From contig MU057640.1 of the NCBI GenBank assembly GCA_013265495.1, forward strand, positions 939,303-1,003,302: DNA of 64,000 nucleotides, in the 5' to 3' direction. Under the pieces are notes generated by a model. It was not told where the DNA came from. It ran no database searches and worked only from the letters and a program-made list of their open reading frames with translations. This document shows, piece by piece, positions 1 to 11,762 of the stretch; the stretch's first letter is position 1, and the number at the start of each line of letters is the position of its first letter. A program made the translations under genes and the position numbers. This DNA comes from Vicugna vicugna. Lineage: Eukaryota.

Positions 1-1654
1 GGTTTTTCATGGGGAATAGACAGGCATAGTGGTAAGAACCGGGAAAGCAGCTCAAAGATGCTAAGATTCTTTTCCGCCAAGAAGAAAACTAGCTAACCAC
101 AGCCCTAACAATTAAGCCCCTAGGATTAGGACAAGCAGTTACTATAAAGTAACCCAGGGGACTGCGAGTCTCCCAGCTTTGGTCTCCTCTCCGTTCCTTC
201 TCACTTTACTCCTTTACCTAGGCGATGGGATACAATTAGTTTATAGGCCTAATTGGAGGGGCTTTCAAAAGGGATAAATAAATGGTCAAGTACCTGTGTA
301 TGGTCCTGCCTTTGAATGTTCTCTCTCCATTCAGAAGATGATGTAAATGGGTAGAAAAGATGCTCTTGTCCCTCCCTTGATATACAGGATACCAGCTGAC
401 ATCCACTGGAACTTGGCCTGTCCCACCATCGGGGAAGTTGAATTCTTTTACTCTGGCACGAGCCTACAAAAGGGGTTGTTTTACGGGTTTGTATTCACCA
501 AAAAACCCCCAGAGACTCACTCCTAGATGGCATATACTAATCTGGGCGTTTTCTTTTATCTTCCCAAATTAAGGACGGTGACAAACACAAACTGGGAAAC
601 ACACATTGATTAAGCATAAAGGAGAGATGTGTCACAGAAAGCAAGAGCACAAAACTGTAAAAGAAAAAAATTATTAAATCTCTGATGTTTCCCTGGAAAA
701 TTCCCCAAAATAACATGCCTGCCAAGTTTTGAAAAATCTCAGCCATATCCAGCTACCCACAGCATCTATTCACAGCGCCTGTCGACAAAAACACTACCTC
801 CGTAGCCCCACATAAATCATAACACAATCTGCCTCCAGTTTCCCTATTACCCTCCCCTCTGATGAAATTGTTGGCCGCCAACACAGGCAATCAGCAAGGT
901 CAGCTTGACTGAAGTGAGTCTTTGATTAGGTGAAGCAATCAATATAACTATAAGATTAGACAGCTAATTGTGGGTGTTTAGCATAATTAGCATTGTCACA
1001 TCCCCAAAGTATTGCCCAGTGATTCAGGGTTGGAATTCTTGGTGGCGAACCCTCAGAATGGACACGGAGGGAGCGGTGTGCGTTGGTGGCGTCAGGTGGG
1101 CATAGCAATTTCTATTTATTTATTTTTTATGTCTGACCTTTCCCGGGCAAGAGATTTATGGCTCCAGGCATTCTTCCCCAGCTAACGTGCCGTTCCATAC
1201 TGGTTTCTTCGGTGACAGCTTTCAATATTTGCAGGTCCATCTTGAGATAAAACCTTGCTGTTTGACCATCCATCTCTCTCAGGTTATAGCAAAGCTAGAT
1301 TCACCTGTAATGACCATACTGGCCAGGTCTACTTTTGAATTTTAATCTTATGCATCCTCACTACCTGCTCCTCTCCTTACTTTCCAAAGCTTGATGTAAT
1401 ATTTAACATTAACTTTGTTCCTTAGCATCAGAGAAGGAGCAAATGATACCTTGGCCTTCTTTTTCCTTTTCTAACATCAGGGCAGCCAGGTGAGCCGCAG
1501 TCCTAAATTCAGGGGCCATCTGAAAGCAGGGTCTTTCCCAGGTGACCCCAGTATCTCAGGTCTAAGATGATTGGGGTCATCACGGATTTCAGGAAATTGA
1601 CATCATCTATTGCATTGTATCGTCTCTCTTGGCTATTCAATTCAACTTCTTCCT

Positions 1655-2056
1655 TTCTAGCTGCATCCTTCCCATCAGCATTTAAACCTGTTCAAATAGC
1701 TCCCACCTAACATAAGGTATTTCCTAGTCCTGAAATCCCTGTATTCCTCCAGCTACCATCCTCTTACTCTCTTCACAGCTAATTTGAAGGAAGCATCCAT
1801 ATCCACATGTCAATTTCCTTATCTTCCACTCACTGGTTAGCTACCAATTTGACTTCATACCCTACAGCTTCCCTGAAACAATGCTGCAAAGGTCACTTGT
1901 AGCTCCAAGTCTCTAAATCCAAACTATATTTTCAGTCCTCTTTATACTTGATATTTTAGTAGCCCCTGACACATTGACCACTTCCTCCTCCTCGAAACAC
2001 TACTCCTGGCTTCTGTGACACTTCAGTACCCAGGTTTTCCTTATCTTTCTGGCCTT
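1655..2056 (+). mobile_element. L2 LINE fragment (degenerate ORF2 region)
   Basis: Typical L2 motifs: 'ttcccatcagcatttaaac', 'aaaggtcac', 'gacacattgaccacttcctcctcctcgaaacact...ggcttctgtgacac'. Confidence 0.75.
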
Positions 2057-4342
2057 TAAAAGTCCCTAGGATTTGTCTCTTGATATTCTTTCTGAATAAG
2101 TCCAGGCTGGGGCCAAGATTAGTATCAATGTCCTCCTCTGTTCGCATATATTTGTCTCAATTTCTTTCATATGTTAAGCATTTTCTTAGGAATTTGGGCT
2201 CTTCCATATTTGAAAGCAAAGGGTAAAAGAGAGGGTTTTGGTTTTGACAAAGGATGAAAAATGTGACTCTTTATTTTTTTATTGCTATTTTGTTATTAAG
2301 TACATTGACTGGAAATATGGATACATACAAATCAAGATTTATTATGCTTCATTGCTCACTTAAAGAATGCTTGTTTGGGAGTTATCACTTTATAAGATGG
2401 TGAAAAATTAAGAAATAAAGTAGGAAAGATTGAAGAGAAGGTTAGTTAATAGTTTAAGAAGAGTGCTGAGATGGAGTCCCTAGGGATTTACGACAAAACA
2501 GGATGGAAAAGGAAAGAGCAGAAGACCAAGCAGCTCAGTCCTAAAAGGCATTCTCTACTGCCAAGGTTAGTCTAACTTTCTGGATTATAGGATGCAGTGG
2601 CTTGAAAGTGCTTTCCACCCCACCCAAGAATATTCTCACTGTCCTCACTGAGACAGAGTTTAAATAAGATTGAATCTCTTATTATGACAAAGACCTGGAA
2701 TGACAAAGTCACTCCAATTTGCCAGAATGGAAGTGACTCAAAGCAAAAACCCTTCTTTCTTTCCAATAACATAAAAATGATTTCCCCCAACTGTCTTCCA
2801 CCTGGAAGTACTTGTAGTATGGTATCACGTCCTTCCCTGATTAGACACAAATAGGTGTTAAACTTAGGGCAAATCTGAGGATACATTGAAGGTTTGTGGA
2901 GCCCCAAACTATGTGAGAAAGGGCCAAGCGATCTGATCTAGAAGACTCTGGAGACTCACCTTTCCAATGGTGAGCAAAAAGGCACTAGAGGTCCCAGCCA
3001 TTTCCCATCCTTCTCTGAGTAACTTGCCTCTTTGGGGCAAAGAGATGTATGCTCGGGCTGCCTGTGGCTCTCACGAAATATTAATCCTTAACCTACATGC
3101 AGGTAAACAACATTCTTCAACACTTTTCTGGATGAATTTCTCCATCCATCAAAATTCCCACTGTAAGGGGAAAAAGTGATTCAAGGACAATTCAACCCGA
3201 TTTTCACTCCTTGCAGATGAGAGATCTACTGTATCCTAGGACTCTGTGTAAGCCACAAAGTTTGGTCCATAGTGGGGTGCTCTTTACATATTTACTGAAT
3301 AAATAGAGCAATAATTAGTTTCAATAATTCTTAAGTATCATTAGGCAGATAGCTCAATGACTAATAGTGGTATTTGGTCAATGTATTTCTATAGATTGCT
3401 TTATAAAGAGTAATTACACAGGAAAGAGTTGGGCCATATTACAATCTTTATTCTTATTTTCTGAAAAACTAACCTGAAAAAATATAAACTGCCCATAGAT
3501 GGAGGACAAGCACTGTAATTTAGGTGTTCTTACTGCCATATACTCCCTGACCAAGAGAAGTCAGGGACAAAGTCAGCACAAAAAATCTTCTGATTGAAGG
3601 CTGCTCAGTGTCTCTCTTCTGGGTAACCGTCTCCAAACTGAATGTCACCAAGCAGGGAACAGCAAATTGGCAGCCTGGAGAGGGCAGAGGGTTTCCTGTG
3701 ACCTTCAAATTGGCCTATAAATAGACAACCACATCGCTTCCCTCAGCTAATTAAGGGGCTAGATAGGAGGCCGGCACTTTTTGTATCTTAGGGGATTCTG
3801 AATTGAAATGCTTTGCAATTAAATTGGCATATGTTAATGAAATCATTCCTTCCAAAAATAATAGTAATAATATAAGTATATAATATAAATAATAAAAATA
3901 ACTATTAAAAAACCCTAGCATCTTGAACTCAAAAGACTCAAACAATTGCTTCCTTTTAAAGAACAGAACGTCAGTGCTTTTAATCTGCTTTTCATTTTTC
4001 TCATTAGATGCCTTCGAGATAGCACCTATTTTGTTCTTGTCTCATTAGTAGATAAAAATCACTCAATTGCAAGTGATTATACTATTATCTCATATTATTT
4101 CATTGACAGATAAAATCACTCCCCTATCATGGAAGAGCAGGTAGGGAGAAAGAGCAATTAGCCTTCTTGATTAAATGACAGAATATAAGTATCCTATACA
4201 TTACCCAGCTCCTCCTGGGCTTTCTGTGGTGTTAATTCCCTCCCCCTACTCTGCTATGTCAATCAGAGGAACTGTAAGCCCGGATAAGCCAGCAGCACTG
4301 AACAGGTTATGTGGAAACACTCAAGGCAGCCTCGGGGGTATT

Positions 4343-4520
4343 TTATTCACTCAACAAATGCTTAGCCTCTAATAAACTCAAGCACTGGGTTCAGGGCTGG
4401 AGATACAAAGTTGAATATGAATTAGATCCTTGCCTCACAGAGCTTAAAATCTAATGGGGAAGAAAGACCAGTAGATACAGTATTACATTAAGCGATGGGG
4501 TATATGTCTTGGAACTCTGG
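4343..4520 (-). mobile_element. L2 3' end fragment
   Basis: 'attcactcaacaaat...agcactgggttcagggctggagatacaaag...ccttgcctcacagagcttaaaatctaatgggga' resembles the antisense L2 3' end. Confidence 0.7.
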
Positions 4521-4544
4521 GTCACAAGGAACAGGAAATCCAAC

Positions 4545-4940
4545 CCTAAGTGGTTCAACCAAAAAAAAGGAATATTTTGGCTCTAATGACTGAGGAGTTG
4601 AGGGAAGATCTGGTCAGGGGTGGTTGCATGAAAGGGCCCCCACATCATGTCACCAGGACACTAATTCTTTCTCTACTCTCTGCTCTGCTCTGCAAACTCT
4701 GTGCTGGCGCCATGCAGCAGCAATACGGCTGGCAAATAATACGTCTGGCTCAAGTCTAGAGAAAACGAGAGATTCTCTCCTTCAAAAACGCAACGTTTTC
4801 ATAATAACTCCTGTTGGCTCAAATTGAGTTGGGTGTCCTCCTCTGAACCAATTACACACTCTAGGAGGAGGAGGTTAACCAATCACCTTAGCCAATCAGG
4901 GATCTACCTCTAGAGCAGAAGGCGGAACCAATCTCAACCA
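4545..4940. mobile_element. Old MaLR (MLT1J/K-like) LTR remnant
   Basis: 'aaaaaaggaatattttggctc', 'ggctcaaattgagttgggtgtcctcctctgaaccaattac' resemble old MLT1 consensus segments; highly diverged. Confidence 0.45.
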
Positions 4941-4981
4941 AACTAGACAGAGTAAGAGGGGTGGTTCTGACGTCAGTGACG
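4848..4981 (+). promoter_or_regulatory. Promoter-like module: four CCAAT boxes, full CRE and half CRE
   Basis: CCAAT at 4848, 4879, 4892 (TTAGCCAATCAG) and 4928; TGACGTCA at 4968-4975; TGACG at 4977-4981. Confidence 0.4.
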
Positions 4982-5179
4982 CAGCCACACACACCCAGAG
5001 CCCCTGCTACATACCTGCCACTTCCAAGCCCCTGAGATGTTTTCACTTGAATTAGTGACCTTATGAGGCAGAGAGTATTACCATCCTATCAATAGACGAT
5101 AAGCTTGAAGCACAGACTGGTTACTATCATCGCTCCACATCTCCACACACGATGAACTAATTTGTCAGGAAAAGGGAGA

Positions 5180-5540
5180 GTGCCTCCTGGGTGGCAGAAA
5201 CAAGAGATGCCCAGGACTAAGGGTAAGCTCAGGGTGCTGTGGGAATCAGAGAAGTGGCTGAATCAGAAATGGAGGAGTGAGAGTAAACCAGGGTGACGAG
5301 GGAGGCTGACAGGAATTGGAGGTAAAGGTGTTGACCCAAGATGTACTGAAGGGTAAACATGAGCCAGAAAATGAGAGACCTTGTCATCCATACAAGGAAG
5401 GTAGAACTGTATCTTGAGGGCAATGGTGGCCATGGAAAGTTTTATTCAAGACACTGACAGAGTTTAGGTATAGATGGTGGACAGTATGGACTTAGAGATG
5501 GACAAGATTACAAGACTGCATGCAGGGAACCAGGTGACAG
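5180..5540 (-). mobile_element. L2 fragment
   Basis: Purine-rich antisense L2 motifs such as 'gaactgtatcttgagggcaatggtggccatggaaagtttt'. Confidence 0.6.
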
Positions 5541-5560
5541 GTTCTTGCATTAAATGTTCC

Positions 5561-5650
5561 CCTTCCTTCCTTCCTTCCTTCCTTCCGTCCCTCTTTCTTT
5601 CTCTTTCTTTCTCTTTCTTCTTTTTCTCTTTCTTTTTCTCTTTCTTTTTC

Positions 5651-5681
<31 letters not shown>

Positions 5682-5779
5682 CTCTCTCTTTCTTTCTTTC
5701 TTTCCTTCCTTCCTTTCTTTTTTTTCTCTCTCTCTTTCTCTTTCTTTTCTTCTTCTCCTCCTCCTCCTCCTTTTTTTTT
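5561..5779 (+). repeat. Compound polypyrimidine microsatellite (TTCC)n/(TTTC)n/(TTTTTCTC-like)n/(TCC)n
   Basis: About 220 nt of almost pure C/T; accounts for ORFs 5474-5899 and 5554-5823. Confidence 0.97.
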
Positions 5780-5975
5780 GTCCTATACTGTTCTTGGAGT
5801 ATATATGTATGTATTTATTTTGATAACTGCATTTGTTTCTCTGCCCCAGATCAGAAATTTATCACATTGTTAAACTTCCAAATAGGGATTCCATTATAAA
5901 TTTTCAGCTTTGTTTTCCCTGAGTTATTATTTTTCTAAAACCAGCTTTCTGTTTTCTTTGAAACTTGAAAAAAAA

Positions 5976-6070
5976 TTATTATTATTATTATTTTAATGGA
6001 GGTACTGGGAATTGAACCCAGGACCTTGTGCATGCTAAGCATGCACTCTATCACTGAGCTATACCCTCCC
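5976..6070 (-). mobile_element. Camelid tRNA-derived SINE (Vic-1-like)
   Basis: Reverse complement reads GGGAGGGTATAGCTCAGTGATAGAGTGCATGCTTAGCATGCACAAGGTCCTGGGTTCAATTCCCAGTACCTCC followed by an (AAT)n tail; Pol III A and B boxes visible. Confidence 0.9.
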
Positions 6071-6419
6071 TCCCTCGCCCCATTTTTAGTTCCTTGTTTC
6101 CAGCAATCTCATGTACCTAAAAACCATAATATTATAACCGTTAGACATATTATAGTTTAATATCTACTAGCACATAAATGTGTTTATTATGTAAGATTGT
6201 GGAGAATAATCACATTTATCATGTGTTTTAAATTCAAATAAGTAGATTACATAACAATCTATACTGAATAATTACATTTAAAAAAAGAATACACATATAG
6301 AAACAGGTATGGAGGACGAGTGGTAATTGTATCTGGGTGGAGGGATTACAGGTATTTTTTGCTTGGCTTAAAAATAAACACATGCTACTTCTGTAATAAG
6401 TATGAAAGGTAATTTTTAA

Positions 6420-7140
6420 ATTGTTTTATGAAAGCTACAAGAGCAACTTATGCTAATTGTAAAAAATTCAAATAATATGCAAGAATATACAGTAGAGTAG
6501 GAAGCAAACATCTCATCCTCTAGAACATTCTATTCCTTTCCCAAGAGAAAGAGTAACTACTATTAACGGTTTGCTATGTATCCTTCCAAACAAATCTATG
6601 TGGGTGTGTGTGTGTATATATATGATATATTGCATATATGATTTCATACATCACACTCACACACAGATACATAAAATTTCCTACAGAAAGGATCATACTG
6701 AGACTCTGCTCTATGACCGGCTTCATCCAGGTAACAACATATTACATCCATCTTTTTGTGCGTGGGCGTATACATCTGCTTCACTATTTTAGCTGCTGCA
6801 CGGTACTCCGAGACAGAGGCACACTGAAACTGACATACCTGGTCTATCATTGTTGAACATTTGAGCTGTTTCTAATTTTCTCCTATTGTAAACAGAACTG
6901 CAGTGAAACCCTTGTTTATGTACCTTTTGTATACATGCAAGGACGATTTAAGATTAATTTCTCAAAGTAGAATTTCTGGGTCAAAGGGCACATACATTTT
7001 AAATTCTGATAGAAACTGCCAATTTGCCTCCCTAGAGACAAGTCCAGTTTATACTCTGAGCTGCAGTCAATGACTGTTTCACCATATTCTCATCAACCCT
7101 GGAGATTATCAATTTCATTTTGTTCAGTAGGCAAACAAAT
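6420..7140 (-). mobile_element. Ancient L1 (L1ME/L1M-like) 3' region
   Basis: 'gaacatttgagctgtttctaattttctcctattgtaaac...agtagaatttctgggtcaaagggc...gatagaaactgccaatttgcctcc' match the antisense L1M 3' region. Confidence 0.8.
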
Positions 7141-8136
7141 AGCATTTCAGTCCACAGACCACACTTTGGAAAACACTGCTCAGTAATTCTTTTTGGTTTT
7201 TGAGCGTTAGCCAGTAAACTATTTTTATTTCAAATGTTTTTGAATCGTCTTTGCAAAATACTTATCACTGGAAAACTTGGTACAGAATATTAATTTACTC
7301 TTTGACTTAAAAGTACAATTTTCTGAATTAATTTTCAGCTGATTAGTTAGAGTGAATAGTCTCTTATAGGACTACAGAAGGAGAAGGAGAAAGACATGGC
7401 TGGAATGTACGGTGAACCCAGAACTCGCCTGGAAACTGTTTAGGATTGACCTGTGAGAGGGGACGAGAATTTTAAAATTCTGGAAATTTTTAAAGAATAA
7501 TTTTAAAAGCAGCCTGCTTGCTCATTGCATAATCCTATGTACAGAGCTCCCAAGGAACTGTTTCTTATTCACTGCACAGCACAGCTCATCAGGAAACAGA
7601 AGATGCATTAAAGAGATATTTGTGAATTTGCATGGAAGAAAAAGAGTAAACATAATGGGCACAAGGATAGCATTTTGGTGGTGAACATGGGTGACCGAGG
7701 GAGAGGGTGGACCAATTTCCAGAGGTGGTTCAATGAGAACATATGAGCTAAGCATTGCCCAGTGCAGGCTCTTTTAGAGGAAGCTCGGCTTCACGTGAAG
7801 ATCAAAGGATGAATATTTAGGGATTGTATTCTGGATCTCCATGGTTCTAGTCTGCTTCTGACCTCTACCTGCTCATGCTGTCATGGGTCTAAAGATGTGA
7901 CAGTTACTGAATTATCATGGAGAAACCAAGAGGCTGTGCAGGAAGACACGGTCTGGAGTCCAAGGTGATCAAATGTCATGGCTCAAGGACACACATTTTA
8001 TCTCAGGTTAATACGTAGAGAGCTTGGTGGTGTTCCCTTTGGCTATGAACACGGTTCTATGACATAGATAACATGCTGGATTTACAAAGTATAGAACTGA
8101 GGCTTAGTGAGGTGAAGCCTAAGATCTCATAGCTTC

Positions 8137-8855
8137 TGCAGGAGTCAGCCTCTAGGATGGCCCCCAAGGATGCCCTCCCCTTCCTGGTATTCTCACCCTG
8201 TAGAGAAGGAGTAGATTAGAAGTGATGGTGTGTCACTTTTGAGATTAGGTTGTTAAAACATTGTAGCTTTGAGTTTTTGTTTGGGCTGATGAAAAGTTTT
8301 GAAAATGGATAATGACAGTGGTTGTGAATATACTTAATACACTTAATGCCACTAAATTGTACACTTAAAATGGCATATATATAAATATTTCCACAATATA
8401 TCATATATGTATATCTATAATATATCAATATATATAGCTCTAAAATACATCATATATATGCATATACATATATATATATATATATCCATAATTTTAAAAG
8501 TTCAAAAAACAAAACAAACACTGTAGCTTCCATCTTGGGATTTTCCAAGATTCCTCTTGGAAAACCCTGCTGCTAGGATGTGAGCAGCCCGTTGGAGAGG
8601 CCCAACTGACAAGGTACTGATGTCCCTGGCCAATAGACATCAAGGGTCCGAGGTCTGCCAACAGGTACACGGGTAAGGTTGGAAACAGGTCTTCCTCTGG
8701 CCAAGCTTTGAAATGACTGTGGCCTCAAGCAAGACCCTGAGCCAGAGGTACCCAGGGAAGTTATGTCCAGATTGCTTACCCACAGAAACTATGAGATAAT
8801 AACTTAAGCTGTTAAATTTGGGGGTAATTTGTTACACAGCAGTCAATAACTAACA
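8137..8855 (+). mobile_element. MaLR MLT1 (E/F-like) solo LTR, interrupted by an L1 fragment and inserted into a MIR
   Basis: 5' 'cagcctctaggatggccccc'; 3' 'cccacagaaactatgagataat...ttaagctgttaaatttgggggtaatttgttacacagcagtcaataactaaca'. Confidence 0.85.
8270..8515 (+). mobile_element. L1M 3' end with (TA)n and A-rich tail
   Basis: 'gatgaaaagttttgaaaatggataatgacagtggttgtgaatatacttaat...ccactaaattgtacacttaaaatgg'; TSD aaaca(t/c)tgtagctt at 8256-8269 and 8516-8529. Confidence 0.85.
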
Positions 8856-9969
8856 GCTACTAACTGGGATTTAAATCCAGTATTGCCTGTCCTCAAAGTC
8901 TGAGGTCTCAATCCATTTATTGATTTATTCATTCACTCAAATGTGTATTTGAGCTATAAACTTGGTATACACCATGCTAGAAACAGCATATAGAATGATG
9001 TAAGTTTCTACTTTTTCTAAACAAAGAGGATCCCTTCTGCATAATCTCTGACTTCATATCAGAGGACTGACTTGCCATTTAAGCAGCAGTGATCAATCTC
9101 AGCTACACATGCTTCCATCTATTACCCCTGTTAACACACTCCTGCTTTCTCCCTTTCTATCCTTCCAGGGGTCTGCATCTCCAGTCTCTGTGGAGAAATG
9201 CCTTTCCAGCCTTCAGCAAAGCTTCAGGGACATCTGAGCACTCATCTTACTTCCTCTCCCTGGAGAGGAAGTGACCTTGCTGATTCTGACTTTGGCTACA
9301 GAACTCAGAGAATCAGTTATTTTAAAATGTTCTTTGAAACACAGGGCACAGACTGTTGTGTTAGTTCTCCCCTAAGTCCCTGAAATAAAGGCCTGAGGAA
9401 TGGGTAAGAACTGAGCTTCTCAGATCCAGAGAGAGATCCTGTTACAGGATGAGCTCTTGGTGGGCCCACTGGGAAAGCTGGAAGGCAGGGGAAGCTTTTC
9501 TGAAATACACCACATGCATCTTACTCAGTTTGAACACCTCTCTTTCAAAGAGACTTTGTGATCTCAGCTGACTAATTCAGCTCTTCTTCTAAGGGTGCAG
9601 GGAGGGTGATGCCTGGTCTCTTTCCTTCTCACCTCAGCATCACTGACTTTGGGTATTATCACTCCCCGTTGGTGAAGACGACTTGCTTCATAAACATATT
9701 TAGCAGTCTCTAATTTGTATAAATAGACACATCTCAGAACAAGAGGGACTTAAAGTACATGAGTGCTAATATTTCTTAGCTAGCTACCCATGGTAACACT
9801 CGTCACAGAGGAGGTGGATATTTGATTTCAATGTAAACCCAAATCTGTCTAGGTTTCCAACCAATGTTAAAATGTACCAAGGTACCAGTTCTTAAGTTGT
9901 TTTTAACCAGTCAGAAGTGCTGAATAATTTTACCTTTTACTTTATAGGGGTGTCTAGCATAGTGTAGAC

Positions 9970-10198
9970 CAAGAGGTGGCAAATTTTTTTCTGTGAAGGG
10001 CAAAGAAGGAATTAAGTTTCACTGGCCACAGATGGTCTCTGTTCAAACTATTCAACTGGACCATTGTAGCTCAAAAGTAACCACAGACAACAGACATTAA
10101 GTATATGAATGGCCATGCCTGTGTTCCAATAAAATCTTATTTATGAAAATAGGCAATAGGAGAAATTTGGCCCTCGGGCTGCAATTTGCCAACCTCTG
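9970..10198 (+). mobile_element. MER58A-like hAT-Charlie non-autonomous DNA transposon
   Basis: TIRs caagaggtggcaaa / tttgccaacctctg; 8-bp TSD gtgtagac (9962-9969) / gtgtcgac (10199-10206); internal 'gtgttccaataaaa'. Confidence 0.9.
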
Positions 10199-10519
10199 GT
10201 GTCGACCCTTTTACTCTAGCTCACCAAGTTTATTTGGCAAGTGGGCGTGGTGAGGCGGGTACATGGCAGAGAAGTTGTTTTTTAATGAGTCACAATTTGA
10301 ACATGACCAAATTCACTTTTTAAATTACAATTCTTGTAGAGTCACTTGGAATACTGCTATTGAGCCAGCTAAACAGCTCAGGCTTCAGATGATCACTCAG
10401 CTCTGGTGATCACTACTGAATTTAAACAGTCAAATTCAGTGTAAAGTGAATGAGAGGAACACAGTATTAAGAGGAATTTTCCTAAATTTCTCCAGCCTAG
10501 ATAGCGGGTTTTCACAATT

Positions 10520-10625
10520 CTGTCACTCTCATTGGATCATGAGCTCTGCGAAGACGGATAACTTGACTCATCACTGTGCCAAGCCCTTGGGTATACAGTA
10601 GGTGCTCAGTAAATGTTAGTCAAAG
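10520..10625 (+). mobile_element. L2 3' end
   Basis: 'acagtaggtgctcagtaaatgttag' is an L2 terminus motif. Confidence 0.6.
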
Positions 10626-11506
10626 AAACTCTTAGGAACATATGTGACAAATTATTAGTTGCCAGAATAAGCAATTCATTGGCAGCAATCCTGACATATT
10701 TGGAGGTATTGTAATGGTAAGAACATCAAGCAGACAGAAAGAGATGACAGGATTCTTGTCTCTAGGTGTTAAAAAAACCAGGACCGGATAAGCATCCCAG
10801 TGGCCACCTCCCTTTGCTTTTCAGCTGTTGGCTCCCTGAGAGCACCATTTCTCTGCAAAAGCTCACCATGGCTGACCTCATCCTCAGAGGGTGAGCAGGA
10901 ATGGTTGGTTAAGAAAGCTCTAGTGTCTTATCTTCTTTTGGTTACTAACAACAATTTCTTTCATTTTATTTTTCTAGCAAAGTATATCCAGCAGTAGGTA
11001 TCTTCTTTTAGGAACAACCCCTAAACCCTACAATCTTCCACCAGACCTTTGATGATTTCCCTAGGTGTGTCTAAATAGGAAGTCATCTCCAGTCAAATGT
11101 CCCAAATAGCATTTGAATCGTCTGCTTTTTGTGTTCATCTCGGGTGGTTCCATAAATAAGTCATGACACTGAGAAGGTTTATTTTTAAAGTCTGGAATCC
11201 CCCTGAAGAGGTGAGGGAGGCATGGACTTTGATCTTCACAGCAAACTCAGGATTCAATGCAAAGAACCGTCGTCACCGATGGGGACTTGTGCCACTTCCA
11301 GGAAAATCCCTGTCCCCACCCTCTCACCTTGTGCTACCCCCGTCCTCCAAATCTTCCTTAACACCTCTAAGTTGGCCAAATCTTTAGACAGTCCAAAGCT
11401 TTTTGTTCCACAGTAGGAATAAAAAGCTTCAAGTGGGAACACCCCTGGAGGAACTCAGAAGTGAACAAACTAAACAAATTTAAGTGGAGAGAAAAGTGAG
11501 TAGCAT

Positions 11507-11762
11507 ACATTTGTTGTCTGTGTCTGTGAGTCTGTTTCTGTTTTGTAAGTAAGTTCGTTTGTGCCATTGTTTTAGATTCCACATATAAGTGATATCATGT
11601 GATATTTGTCTTTCCTTTCTAACTTAACTTCACTTAATATCTTGTAATAACCTATAATGATAAAGCATATGAAAAAGAATACGTACGTGTATAACTGAAC
11701 CACTAAGCTATAAACCAGAAACTAACACAACACTGTAAATCAACTATATTTCAATTAAAAAC
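11507..11762 (+). mobile_element. 5'-inverted truncated L1 (cetartiodactyl-type 3' UTR)
   Basis: Antisense L1 segment about 11507-11640 fused to a sense 3' end about 11636-11762; flanking aaaagtgag..gcat repeats. Confidence 0.85.

Noticed and set aside
1..1320. Possible endogenous retroviral or viral fragment
   Set aside because: No long ORF, no recognisable gag/pol/env motif and no convincing primer-binding site or LTR boundary
5474..5899. 141-aa F/S/L-rich ORF resembling a membrane protein
   Set aside because: Translation of the polypyrimidine microsatellite
5997..6068. tRNA gene
   Set aside because: tRNA-like head followed by an A-rich tail, with a second copy carrying a TSD at 57809; this is a SINE
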